A stretch of DNA of 64,000 nucleotides, from NCBI GenBank assembly GCA_043801155.1, contig JAZDMI010000028.1:35389-99388 (forward strand), read 5' to 3'. Positions 56,764 through 64,000 of the stretch are shown piece by piece (position 1 is the first letter of the stretch; every line of letters begins with the position of its first letter). The DNA comes from Candidatus Gottesmanbacteria bacterium. Its GTDB lineage: Bacteria; Patescibacteriota; Microgenomatia; JAMCYU01. A program made the position numbers and the translations under genes. The notes under the pieces are model-generated. The model saw nothing but the letters and a program-made list of their open reading frames with translations, made no database searches and had not been told where the DNA came from.

Positions 56764-57522
56764 TTAACCTTTAACTTCAAAAAAGAGGATAGCAATGCCA
56801 AGAATAAAAGCCAGTGCACCAACGATTCTAGCGATCTTTTCTTTTGATTTGCTTTTTTTTAAAGCCATTGGGCCTAAATATCCACCGATTGCCGCACCTA
56901 TCGGTAGAATATAAATAAGGGGTGAATTTGGCCATTTATTGATCCAAACCCATACGGCAAAGCTAGCTAGACAAATTGGCACTTCGGCAAAATCAGTGAC
57001 GACAATTGAATTTTTGCTTTCTCTTCCGACGACAATTTGTCCTGTTGACATTAATGGTCCGTAGCCTCCACCGGAAACAGCTTTGTTAAATGCGCTTATT
57101 ATGCTTAGAATAACCATTTTCCCCCAGCTAAAGGAAAATGATATTTTTAGCAAAACACTTCCTCCCATTATTAAACATAAAATACCGATATAATTTTTCA
57201 GCCATATTCTAGAAATCATGCTTGCCCCGATAAACGCACCAATTAAGGTGGCCACTATACCTAAGGATGCAATAAGCAAAGTTATTTTAAAATCTTCAGA
57301 ATCTTTTTTGAAAATTAATGCATTTTTTAATTTATTATGCCGCCAAGAAGCAATAGCGCCTCCAACCGCTTGAGAAATAAGTATCGAAGGAATAACTAGT
57401 TTTGGATCATAACCAGCAATTATTAATACTGGGGATAGAATTGTTCCATACATCATGCCCAAGTAGCTGTCGATAAATTCGCAGCCAATAGTGATGATTA
57501 GAATTAATAAAACAATGGTCAT
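56764..57522 (-). CDS. TauE/SafE-family (DUF81) membrane transporter
   Basis: Two-repeat polytopic membrane protein with Gly-rich helices (..ISQAVGGAIASW.., ..GAAIGGYLGP..). Confidence 0.6.
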   Translation of the reverse strand: MTIVLLILIITIGCEFIDSYLGMMYGTILSPVLIIAGYDPKLVIPSILISQAVGGAIASWRHNKLKNALIFKKDSEDFKITLLIASLGIVATLIGAFIGASMISRIWLKNYIGILCLIMGGSVLLKISFSFSWGKMVILSIISAFNKAVSGGGYGPLMSTGQIVVGRESKNSIVVTDFAEVPICLASFAVWVWINKWPNSPLIYILPIGAAIGGYLGPMALKKSKSKEKIARIVGALAFILGIAILFFEVKG

Positions 57523-57614
57523 TTTTTGATGATCGTGTATATTATGATATAAAAATCATTCCGAAAACAGTATCAAAATCTTAATAGAATCTAGTAGGCT
57601 TTCTAAAAAATATA

Positions 57615-57715
57615 GCTCGAGAATCGTAACTCTAATATCAAGAACTTTTCTCCGCCAGCTGGTGGATCAAAAACCTTGTTGCTTCGCAATAAGCAAAGCT
57701 TTTACTTCGTAATAA
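57615..57715. repeat. Repeat family A, copy 3: core plus extension. It also contains CCGTAGCTTTAGCGAAGG, which is inverted at 51391-51407.
   Basis: GCTCGAGAATCGTAACTCTAATAT is exact, and the extension matches copy 1. Confidence 0.6.
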
Positions 57716-57843
57716 CCACTCAATTAGTTTGTATTACTTGCCCTTCCGTAGCTTTAGCGAAGGAGGATCAAGGCTTTCTCTGACTTTAGGCTTGTTCAGC
57801 AAATTCGGGAAGAGATAGAGAAAGTGAAACCTTGTATAGTTAT

Positions 57844-58869
57844 TTAAGGAAGCGTCTCGGTAATTAACTCTCCCGACGGTTTATACACCGTTCTAAATTT
57901 ACCGGTTTCATCTGCATCAAGACAATATGCCGTATCGGTCGGACAAGGTTCTTTAAATCCACTTAATTTTCTGTAGCTAAATCCGCCAGAGCTAATTTTT
58001 ACATCACCAACCATTCCTAAAAACTTTTCTTTACCCGTATCAGTATTTATTATTAGTATTCCTTCTTTTAACGAATAGGGGGAGCAATTAAAACAAAGGC
58101 CGAGCGACAAAACAAGATATTTATCTTCAACTTGTAATATGTCAGCTGCTCCTGCAAACCCATCAACGGTATATTTGTTGGATTCCTTTGTTAATTTGTT
58201 TGACCATACTTCTTTATTAGTTACATTTTGTAGGTCTATTTTGTATATTTTATTTACATAATTTGGTTCAGGAACCCCAAGGTCTAACATAAGAGAAACA
58301 TAGATTGCATCATTGCCATTACGCATAGCACTAACCGCCAATCCTATCAAATTGGGAAAGTCGGTTGCAATCATTCTCGGATTTTGTAGCTTTCTAAAAT
58401 CATAGGGATTTGAGTATCCAAGCGATTTAGTTCCTACTGCAGCCATAGCGCCAGTATATGGACCCGACTCAACTTTTACGCCTCCAGTGCCTGAGCCTCC
58501 CTGGTTTGCATGACTATTGGTATAAAAAATAACTTCTTTATCCTCATATGTGCCTAAATACAAACTATTTTCCTTCGGCACATTACTTGTATTTTGTGTT
58601 GGAATTACAGAAACAGAAGTAGGGGAAGGTTTTAGTGATTGTATCTTTTGTTCATTGGTATAGTTTTTTCTATTAGAATAAATTAAAAACCAAGCTGTAG
58701 ATAACAACCAGAGAAAAAAAACTGCAAAAAAGCCAATTTTCCAATAACTAAGAGACGATTTAATTTTTACATCAGGAGATTCTGATTGCAGGTTTGAACC
58801 GGCAGAATCACCAATTGGATTAACTTCGTTCATATTTTTATTATACCAATTTGGTATATTAAGTGCCAA
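57844..58869 (-). CDS. hypothetical membrane-anchored or secreted protein (341 aa)
   Basis: N-terminal transmembrane segment. No motif recognised. Confidence 0.45.
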   Translation of the reverse strand: MALNIPNWYNKNMNEVNPIGDSAGSNLQSESPDVKIKSSLSYWKIGFFAVFFLWLLSTAWFLIYSNRKNYTNEQKIQSLKPSPTSVSVIPTQNTSNVPKENSLYLGTYEDKEVIFYTNSHANQGGSGTGGVKVESGPYTGAMAAVGTKSLGYSNPYDFRKLQNPRMIATDFPNLIGLAVSAMRNGNDAIYVSLMLDLGVPEPNYVNKIYKIDLQNVTNKEVWSNKLTKESNKYTVDGFAGAADILQVEDKYLVLSLGLCFNCSPYSLKEGILIINTDTGKEKFLGMVGDVKISSGGFSYRKLSGFKEPCPTDTAYCLDADETGKFRTVYKPSGELITETLP

Positions 58870-58980
58870 CTGGCTCGCACGATGGTATGATTATCGGAAA
58901 ACAGACTGGTCTTCCGAACTGGAATATCCTGAGTTTACGACAAAAGAGGTAAAGAGGTTTCTATCTTCTAACTACTCTTA
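58870..58980 (+). repeat. Repeat family B copy encoding ..LARWYDYRKTDWSSELEYPEFTTKEVKRFLSSNYS*. It overlaps the 3' end of the P-type ATPase gene on the opposite strand.
   Basis: Similar to 63095-63190 at about 80 percent nucleotide identity. Confidence 0.5.
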
Positions 58981-61393
58981 GATGATAAACAAACTTAAAT
59001 GTCTCCACCACAAAAAACATAAAAATTGATAGACCTATTGCAATCAACCAATAAGCAGGGTTAAGACTGCTTAATCCAAAAAATTGTCTTAAGGAAGGAA
59101 GGGAAAATGGTAAAACTTGTAATCCAAACCCAGCAATAACTGCCACGATTAGCCAGCGATTTTCAAAAAGATGATTTTTCCAGAAAGGGGTCATGAGCGC
59201 TCTTACTGAAAAGACATAAACAAGCGAATTTAAGCCTAGCATCATAAATGCCACAGACCGAGCTGTTACAAGATCGTTGGACACTTTATAGACAACAATA
59301 AAAGAAGTTAAGGTTATCAAACCAGCTATTAAGCTCACAAGCCCTATTAAAGTAGACATCCATTTATTTACCAAGCGTTCACCAGGAAGACGAGGTTTTT
59401 CCTTCATAATGTCAACCCTTTTAGGATCAATTGTCAACGCAAGATCAGGAAATCCATCAGAGACGAGATTCACCCATAAAATTTGCATGGCGGTTATAGG
59501 TAAGGGTAAACCAAGAACAATGCCACCTAAAATGACGACTATCTCTGCAAAAGCGTCACACATAAGATATAAGATAATTTTTCTGATATTCTCAAACATT
59601 GCTCTTCCTTCTTCAATTGCTCCCACTATCGTAGAAAAATTAGAATCAAGAAGCACTAAATCAGCAGACTCCTTGGCAACATCAGTGGCTTCCCCCACAG
59701 CAATACCGATATCTGCCTCATGTAAGGCTGGAGCATCGTTAACACCATCACCCATCATGGCTACTATTTCGCCCCTTTTCTTTAACGCCTCGACGATTGC
59801 TAGCTTTTGATCTGGTGTGGTTTTGGCAAATAAACGGATAATATTTACTTTTCGAGCCAACTCTTCCGCCGAGAGAGCTTCCAGTTCATCACCTGTAATA
59901 ACCTCTTTACTAGAAAGAGAAATACCCAGTTCAGATAAAACGAACTCTGAGGTTTTTGAATAGTCACCAGTAATAACTACTGTGCGGATACCAGCACCCA
60001 TCGCTTGTTCAAGAGCATCTTTGACCCCAACACGGACTGGATCAGAAAAAGCCAACATACCAACCCAAGTAAGCCCACCTTTCCCATCAGAAGCATCTAA
60101 GTCCTGTTTGTCGCTTAATACATCTTTTCGAGCAAATCCAATAAGCCTCTTTCCTTGTTTGGTGAGATTATCGATAATTGAAAAAACTTCCTTTTTCTCC
60201 TTCTCTGATAAGGTTGTCCATTGAAGCAATAGGTCTGGCGCTCCGTTTACATAAAGCCTATTACCACTATCTGACCATTTATGAAGGCTACAGAAAAACC
60301 TCTCCTTAGAAGAAAAAGGTATACTGTCAAGTCTTTGGTGTTCAGAAACGAAATCACTGATAATTGTTCTTCCCCACTCAAAAGCAGCAATGACAATTGG
60401 ATCGTCTAAATCGTTTGCCAAAAGCACCTGTTCCGCCAAATCTTTTTTCTTTCCGATAGTATCAACTACAGTCATTTTCCCTTGAGTTAAGGTTCCTGTC
60501 TTATCAACACAAATAACGGTTACTCCTCCCAAAGTTTCAGCTGCAGCAAGTTTTCTCACCAAACCACGACGCTTTAGAATCTTTTGCATGCCAATAGCTA
60601 ATACAACCGTTAGCGAAACGATCAACCCCTCTGGAATACTGGACACGGCTAAAGCTACAGAAGTGATGAACATGTCCATAACACTGAATCGATAAAGAAT
60701 ACCGATCACAAACACAAGGGTAGTTAATACACCAACTACCACAACTAATTGCCGACTAAACCCCTTAAGTTGCCTCTGAAGGGGAGTATCCTCTTCCGCT
60801 TCTTGTATTTGCAGTGCTATTGCCCCCATTTTAGTATTTGCCCCCGTGCTTTCGACCAACATGACAGCTTGTCCAGCAGAAATCGTCGTTCCCATAAAAA
60901 CTGAGTCACTTTGTATTTTTTTAACAGACACGCTCTCCCCAGTAAGCATAGATTCGTCGAGATAGAGACGGTTCGCATAAGTCAATTTGCCGTCAGCAGG
61001 AACTTTTACCCCTTGACTCAAGATCACAATGTCTCCTGGAACAATTTGTGAAGTTTCAATAGATGCCCGTTTCCCATTCCGAACAACAGTTATCTGATTG
61101 GTAACATAGTGCTTTAAGGCATGCAGGGCATTAGTGGCTTTTCTTTCTTGAATAAATCCCAAGGCAGTGTTAACCACTACGGCTAAAAAGATAATCGTTG
61201 TATCGGGAAGATGTCCAATAATCAGAGTCACTAATCCAGCCAAAAGCAGGACATAAACTAAAGGATTTTTAAGTTGTTGGACAATAAGGAAAAAATGGTT
61301 AGGAGGAGGTTTTTCAGGTAAAACATTCAGACCATATTGTTGCTGTCTTCTTGTTGCCTCTTCCTTTGATAATCCTTGTTCATTTGGAAACAT
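58961..61393 (-). CDS. cation-transporting P-type ATPase (Ca2+/Mg2+-type, P2 subfamily-like)
   Basis: Phosphorylation motif ICVDKTGTLT, GDGVNDAPAL, a TGES-like actuator region, and 10 transmembrane helices. Confidence 0.9.
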   Translation of the reverse strand: MFPNEQGLSKEEATRRQQQYGLNVLPEKPPPNHFFLIVQQLKNPLVYVLLLAGLVTLIIGHLPDTTIIFLAVVVNTALGFIQERKATNALHALKHYVTNQITVVRNGKRASIETSQIVPGDIVILSQGVKVPADGKLTYANRLYLDESMLTGESVSVKKIQSDSVFMGTTISAGQAVMLVESTGANTKMGAIALQIQEAEEDTPLQRQLKGFSRQLVVVVGVLTTLVFVIGILYRFSVMDMFITSVALAVSSIPEGLIVSLTVVLAIGMQKILKRRGLVRKLAAAETLGGVTVICVDKTGTLTQGKMTVVDTIGKKKDLAEQVLLANDLDDPIVIAAFEWGRTIISDFVSEHQRLDSIPFSSKERFFCSLHKWSDSGNRLYVNGAPDLLLQWTTLSEKEKKEVFSIIDNLTKQGKRLIGFARKDVLSDKQDLDASDGKGGLTWVGMLAFSDPVRVGVKDALEQAMGAGIRTVVITGDYSKTSEFVLSELGISLSSKEVITGDELEALSAEELARKVNIIRLFAKTTPDQKLAIVEALKKRGEIVAMMGDGVNDAPALHEADIGIAVGEATDVAKESADLVLLDSNFSTIVGAIEEGRAMFENIRKIILYLMCDAFAEIVVILGGIVLGLPLPITAMQILWVNLVSDGFPDLALTIDPKRVDIMKEKPRLPGERLVNKWMSTLIGLVSLIAGLITLTSFIVVYKVSNDLVTARSVAFMMLGLNSLVYVFSVRALMTPFWKNHLFENRWLIVAVIAGFGLQVLPFSLPSLRQFFGLSSLNPAYWLIAIGLSIFMFFVVETFKFVYHLRVVRR

Positions 61394-61523
61394 AATAATT
61401 CCTTAAGGTTTTATAAACACTGAATGGTTTTTCATATTTGGTATTTTCAGTATACGATATTTTAAGCACAAATATAAAACTTCTAGTGGTCATTACCTAA
61501 GCAAATTTATTATAATGTGATAT

Positions 61524-62462
61524 ATGATCTGGTTATTGTATTTTTGTGTCGGCGTCATTGTTCTTTTACTTTCTACCCATGCCCTGGTTAAACTAACCGA
61601 AAGGCTATCATCAGATTTGCGAATCTCCCCACTAATTATCGGGACAACTGTCGTAGCCCTGGGGACATCACTACCCGAACTTACCGTTTCATTGATTGCT
61701 TCAACAAGGCACGATCTTGGACTGGCACTTGGCAATATCATTGGTTCAAATATCGTCAACATCTTTATGGTGCTGCCCGTAGGCATTCTAATCGGGAAAC
61801 TGAGGATTGGATCAACAAAAACGCAGAGAAACGCTTTACTTCTCTTGGGTGCTACAGTCCTATTTGTTGCCCTACGAATACTTCATTTGCCTGATTTATT
61901 TTCTGGTTTACTTCTAATCGCATTAGCGCTTTTTTTTACGATTGGTGAATATCAACTAGGTGTCTTCGGAAGAACCCACGAAGACGCAAAAGCATTCAAA
62001 AAACATACAAACGGAAGACTAACCTTTGGAGGGATAGCATCCATTATATTCGCTGTTGCGGGGATCATTTTGGGAGGGATTTTGGTAGTTAGCTCGGTTG
62101 AAAACATATCTATAATAACCGATTATTCTACTACAATTCTCGGACTGTCTTTGACTGCCATTGTTACTTCTTTGCCTGAGTTGCTAACCACCATTTTTGC
62201 TCAGAAGGAACACCAAGAAAAAATTACCGTTGGTAATATAATCGGGAGCAATATGTACAATCTCTTATTTATCGGGGGTGTAATAACTCTTTTCTCTCCC
62301 CCAATGATGGTTCCGTTTAGGAACTTTATGTGGTTGATTGCTGCCACTTTATGTTTTGTCTTCATTCTGCGCCGTTTTAGCGGTAAACCTGTCCCCAAAG
62401 GTGTTGGGTTATTACTACTACTCTCCCTGATCGTCTACCTGCTATCGCTAGTTTATATGTAA
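61524..62462 (+). CDS. CaCA-family cation/Ca2+ exchanger (YrbG-like)
   Basis: Two alpha-repeats, GTSLPELTVSLIA and GLSLTAIVTSLPELLTTIFA. Confidence 0.8.
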   Translation: MIWLLYFCVGVIVLLLSTHALVKLTERLSSDLRISPLIIGTTVVALGTSLPELTVSLIASTRHDLGLALGNIIGSNIVNIFMVLPVGILIGKLRIGSTKTQRNALLLLGATVLFVALRILHLPDLFSGLLLIALALFFTIGEYQLGVFGRTHEDAKAFKKHTNGRLTFGGIASIIFAVAGIILGGILVVSSVENISIITDYSTTILGLSLTAIVTSLPELLTTIFAQKEHQEKITVGNIIGSNMYNLLFIGGVITLFSPPMMVPFRNFMWLIAATLCFVFILRRFSGKPVPKGVGLLLLLSLIVYLLSLVYM

Positions 62463-62483
62463 CAACTTATTAAAGAACATTAG

Positions 62484-62624
62484 ATGCTTGATAATTATCT
62501 CATTCACTACTTCAGACGGAACTTGGAAAAATGGTCACAATTTCGGACAACTGACTGGGCAAATTACCTGGAATACCCAAGGTTCACCGCAAAACAAACA
62601 CAGCAATTATTAAACATTCACTAA
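62484..62624 (+). repeat. Repeat family B copy with an intact mini-ORF MLDNYLIHYFRRNLEKWSQFRTTDWANYLEYPRFTAKQTQQLLNIH* (46 aa)
   Basis: The ATG at 62484 follows an in-frame TAG. The peptide is conserved with the other B copies. Confidence 0.45.
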
Positions 62625-62630
62625 TAAAGC

Positions 62631-63038
62631 CTAAATTAACCCCTCCCAGGGTGGAAGTTCATAATTGCCAGCTGGTTCTGTCCTGACACTTTTCTCACTA
62701 CCAGTTCTCCTAATAAAAATCACATCGAGCATACCATCTTGTTTGAGCTTGAAGGCAGCCTCTCCGATATTTATCTCTGTCTGCTCAGGAAAATAATCAG
62801 AAGATATTGTTCTTGCAGTTCTTGCTATCTCAATTGCTCCGCAACATGATTCGCGAGACCATAAACGTTTAGGAGTTTTTTCGAAAAGCTCATGAAGAAA
62901 ATTTAGAAAAGAATTTGCTGTTTTAGAATCTAATCCTTCTAGGGATATAAACGGGCGAACTTGCCCAAAGGTTAGAGGTTTTCTTTGCCTTGTCTCCAGG
63001 GCCCCTAGACTCTTCTCGCTTTCCAAACCCTGAGCCAT
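62631..63038 (-). CDS. hypothetical protein (135 aa)
   Basis: ORF only. Confidence 0.45.
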   Translation of the reverse strand: MAQGLESEKSLGALETRQRKPLTFGQVRPFISLEGLDSKTANSFLNFLHELFEKTPKRLWSRESCCGAIEIARTARTISSDYFPEQTEINIGEAAFKLKQDGMLDVIFIRRTGSEKSVRTEPAGNYELPPWEGLI

Positions 63039-63094
63039 AAACAGAGTATAACAACACTGTGTTCATATTTCAAGCTATAGGACTTATGCTCGCA

Positions 63095-63196
63095 CGATGG
63101 TATGATTATAGAACAATTGACTGGGCAAATGAGCTTGAATACCCAGAATTTACAACGAAGGAAGTTCAGAGATTCCTAACAAATTAAAACTGTGTG
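63095..63196 (+). repeat. Repeat family B copy with the mini-ORF MLARWYDYRTIDWANELEYPEFTTKEVQRFLTN* (33 aa)
   Basis: Starts at an ATG. The peptide is conserved with the copy at 58870-58980. Confidence 0.45.
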
Positions 63197-63203
63197 CAAT
63201 AAT

Positions 63204-63971
63204 CTACCAGAATCTCCATCCTTTTAAAGCTCTTTCATAAACTCGATAGGGTTTAGCACCAATAAACACTTTACCGTTGATAAAAATGGTCGGTGTCCCA
63301 TAGATGTGGGTTTTTTGAAGTTCATTCATCTGGTTATCAACTGCATCACGAGTAGAGGGATCAGCTATACACTCTCTGATATCAGAAAGATTATAACCAA
63401 CATTTGAGGCGAATTTCTCGATATTGTCAATGTTACCAATATCGTTTTTATCGGCAGCGAATATCTTGTCATTAAGCTGCCAAAACTTATCCTTATCTTG
63501 TTTGTAGGCACAATAACCAAATTCAGACAAGAAATTAGTCTGGTCTTTAACTGGAAAATGGGCAAAGATAAAACTCACTTTGTTATTTTTAACCAACTTT
63601 TGAATCAATGGATAAGCCTTGCGGGTGTAATCACAGCTATAGCAACCAATAAAAACAATCTTATCTTTGGCGTCGTCACCCTTTGTAGGGAAAAGGCTAA
63701 GGTCAACATTATTGAGGATCAAATCTTTTTCTGTCGGCTTCTCTAGATTACATTGAGTAGCAACTTGAGAGACTTTATTGTTCTCGCCCGCAGGATCAAA
63801 GGCACAAAAACCGCTTTGGTTCAATCCGTTACAACTGCCATAGAGATAATAGTTGTAGGCGCCTTTCACCGTAAAAAAGGTGCTTCCAACCGTCAGAATG
63901 ACAAAAATCCAAGAAATAATCTCAAAATGTTTATTAAAAATACGGGCAGCAATTACAGAACGGTTTAACAA
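63204..63971 (-). CDS. DsbA-like thiol:disulfide oxidoreductase with an N-terminal transmembrane anchor. A TTG start is likely.
   Basis: CxxC motif GCYSCDY in a thioredoxin-fold context and the C-terminal GTPTIFINGK motif. The first in-frame start after the upstream stop is TTG at 63969-63971. Confidence 0.6.
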   Translation of the reverse strand: MLNRSVIAARIFNKHFEIISWIFVILTVGSTFFTVKGAYNYYLYGSCNGLNQSGFCAFDPAGENNKVSQVATQCNLEKPTEKDLILNNVDLSLFPTKGDDAKDKIVFIGCYSCDYTRKAYPLIQKLVKNNKVSFIFAHFPVKDQTNFLSEFGYCAYKQDKDKFWQLNDKIFAADKNDIGNIDNIEKFASNVGYNLSDIRECIADPSTRDAVDNQMNELQKTHIYGTPTIFINGKVFIGAKPYRVYERALKGWRFW

Positions 63972-64000
63972 CCTTCCGATAACCTTGCCTTTAATTTTCT

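Noticed and set aside
1-64000. CRISPR arrays, rRNA, tmRNA, RNase P RNA, SRP RNA
   Set aside because: No repeat-spacer periodicity was seen. Conserved cores such as AGGAAGCAGCC for SRP or the GGTAAGAGCGCACC region of RNase P RNA were not seen by eye, so these are not claimed.

Overview
This is a 64-kb stretch of a low-GC bacterial chromosome with dense coding on both strands. Its content points to a small-genome, anaerobic, Patescibacteria/CPR-like organism; that call is an inference from gene content. Supporting traits are an archaeal-type UMP kinase and cytidylate-kinase-like protein, a class III ribonucleotide reductase, tandem PBP1A paralogs, and many tiny membrane-protein genes.

Recognisable housekeeping genes are pyrH (partial), mutM, a GT4 glycosyltransferase, a stand-alone 5'-3' exonuclease, ftsH, trpS, idi, the nrdR-nrdD-nrdG operon, cobA, uppP, two PBP1A genes, an aldehyde dehydrogenase, a Crp/Fnr regulator, a sulfatase, a Ca2+-type P-type ATPase and a CaCA exchanger.

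The parts that ordinary annotation would not explain are these:
(1) Two tRNA loci with unusual architecture. One canonical tRNA-Met (CAU), flanked by 15-bp inverted repeats, sits nested between the 5' and 3' halves of two other tRNA-like genes whose acceptor stems are perfectly complementary across the insertion. At a second locus, a tRNA-Ile (UAU) flanked by 12-bp inverted repeats lies downstream of two 5'-partial tRNA copies, one of which carries a 40-nt palindromic insertion in its D-loop.
(2) An initiator tRNA-fMet whose 3' end recurs twice as direct repeats that delimit three small cassettes encoding secreted or membrane proteins, next to a XerC-like recombinase.
(3) A cobalamin riboswitch preceding an operon for a DUF4430 protein, a surface protein with alpha/alpha-toroid (prenyltransferase-like) repeats and a small ECF-S/BtuM-like membrane protein. 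The two surface proteins together resemble a split transcobalamin. cobA lies just downstream.
(4) A 693-aa protein with a permuted PEP-utilising architecture: unknown N-domain, phosphohistidine swivel domain, then a PPDK_N ATP-grasp domain.
(5) Several intergenic repeat families at 48-63 kb, one of which encodes a conserved C-terminal mini-peptide.
(6) Clusters of tiny membrane-protein genes with duplicated leader-plus-gene modules.

No CRISPR array or rRNA was seen.
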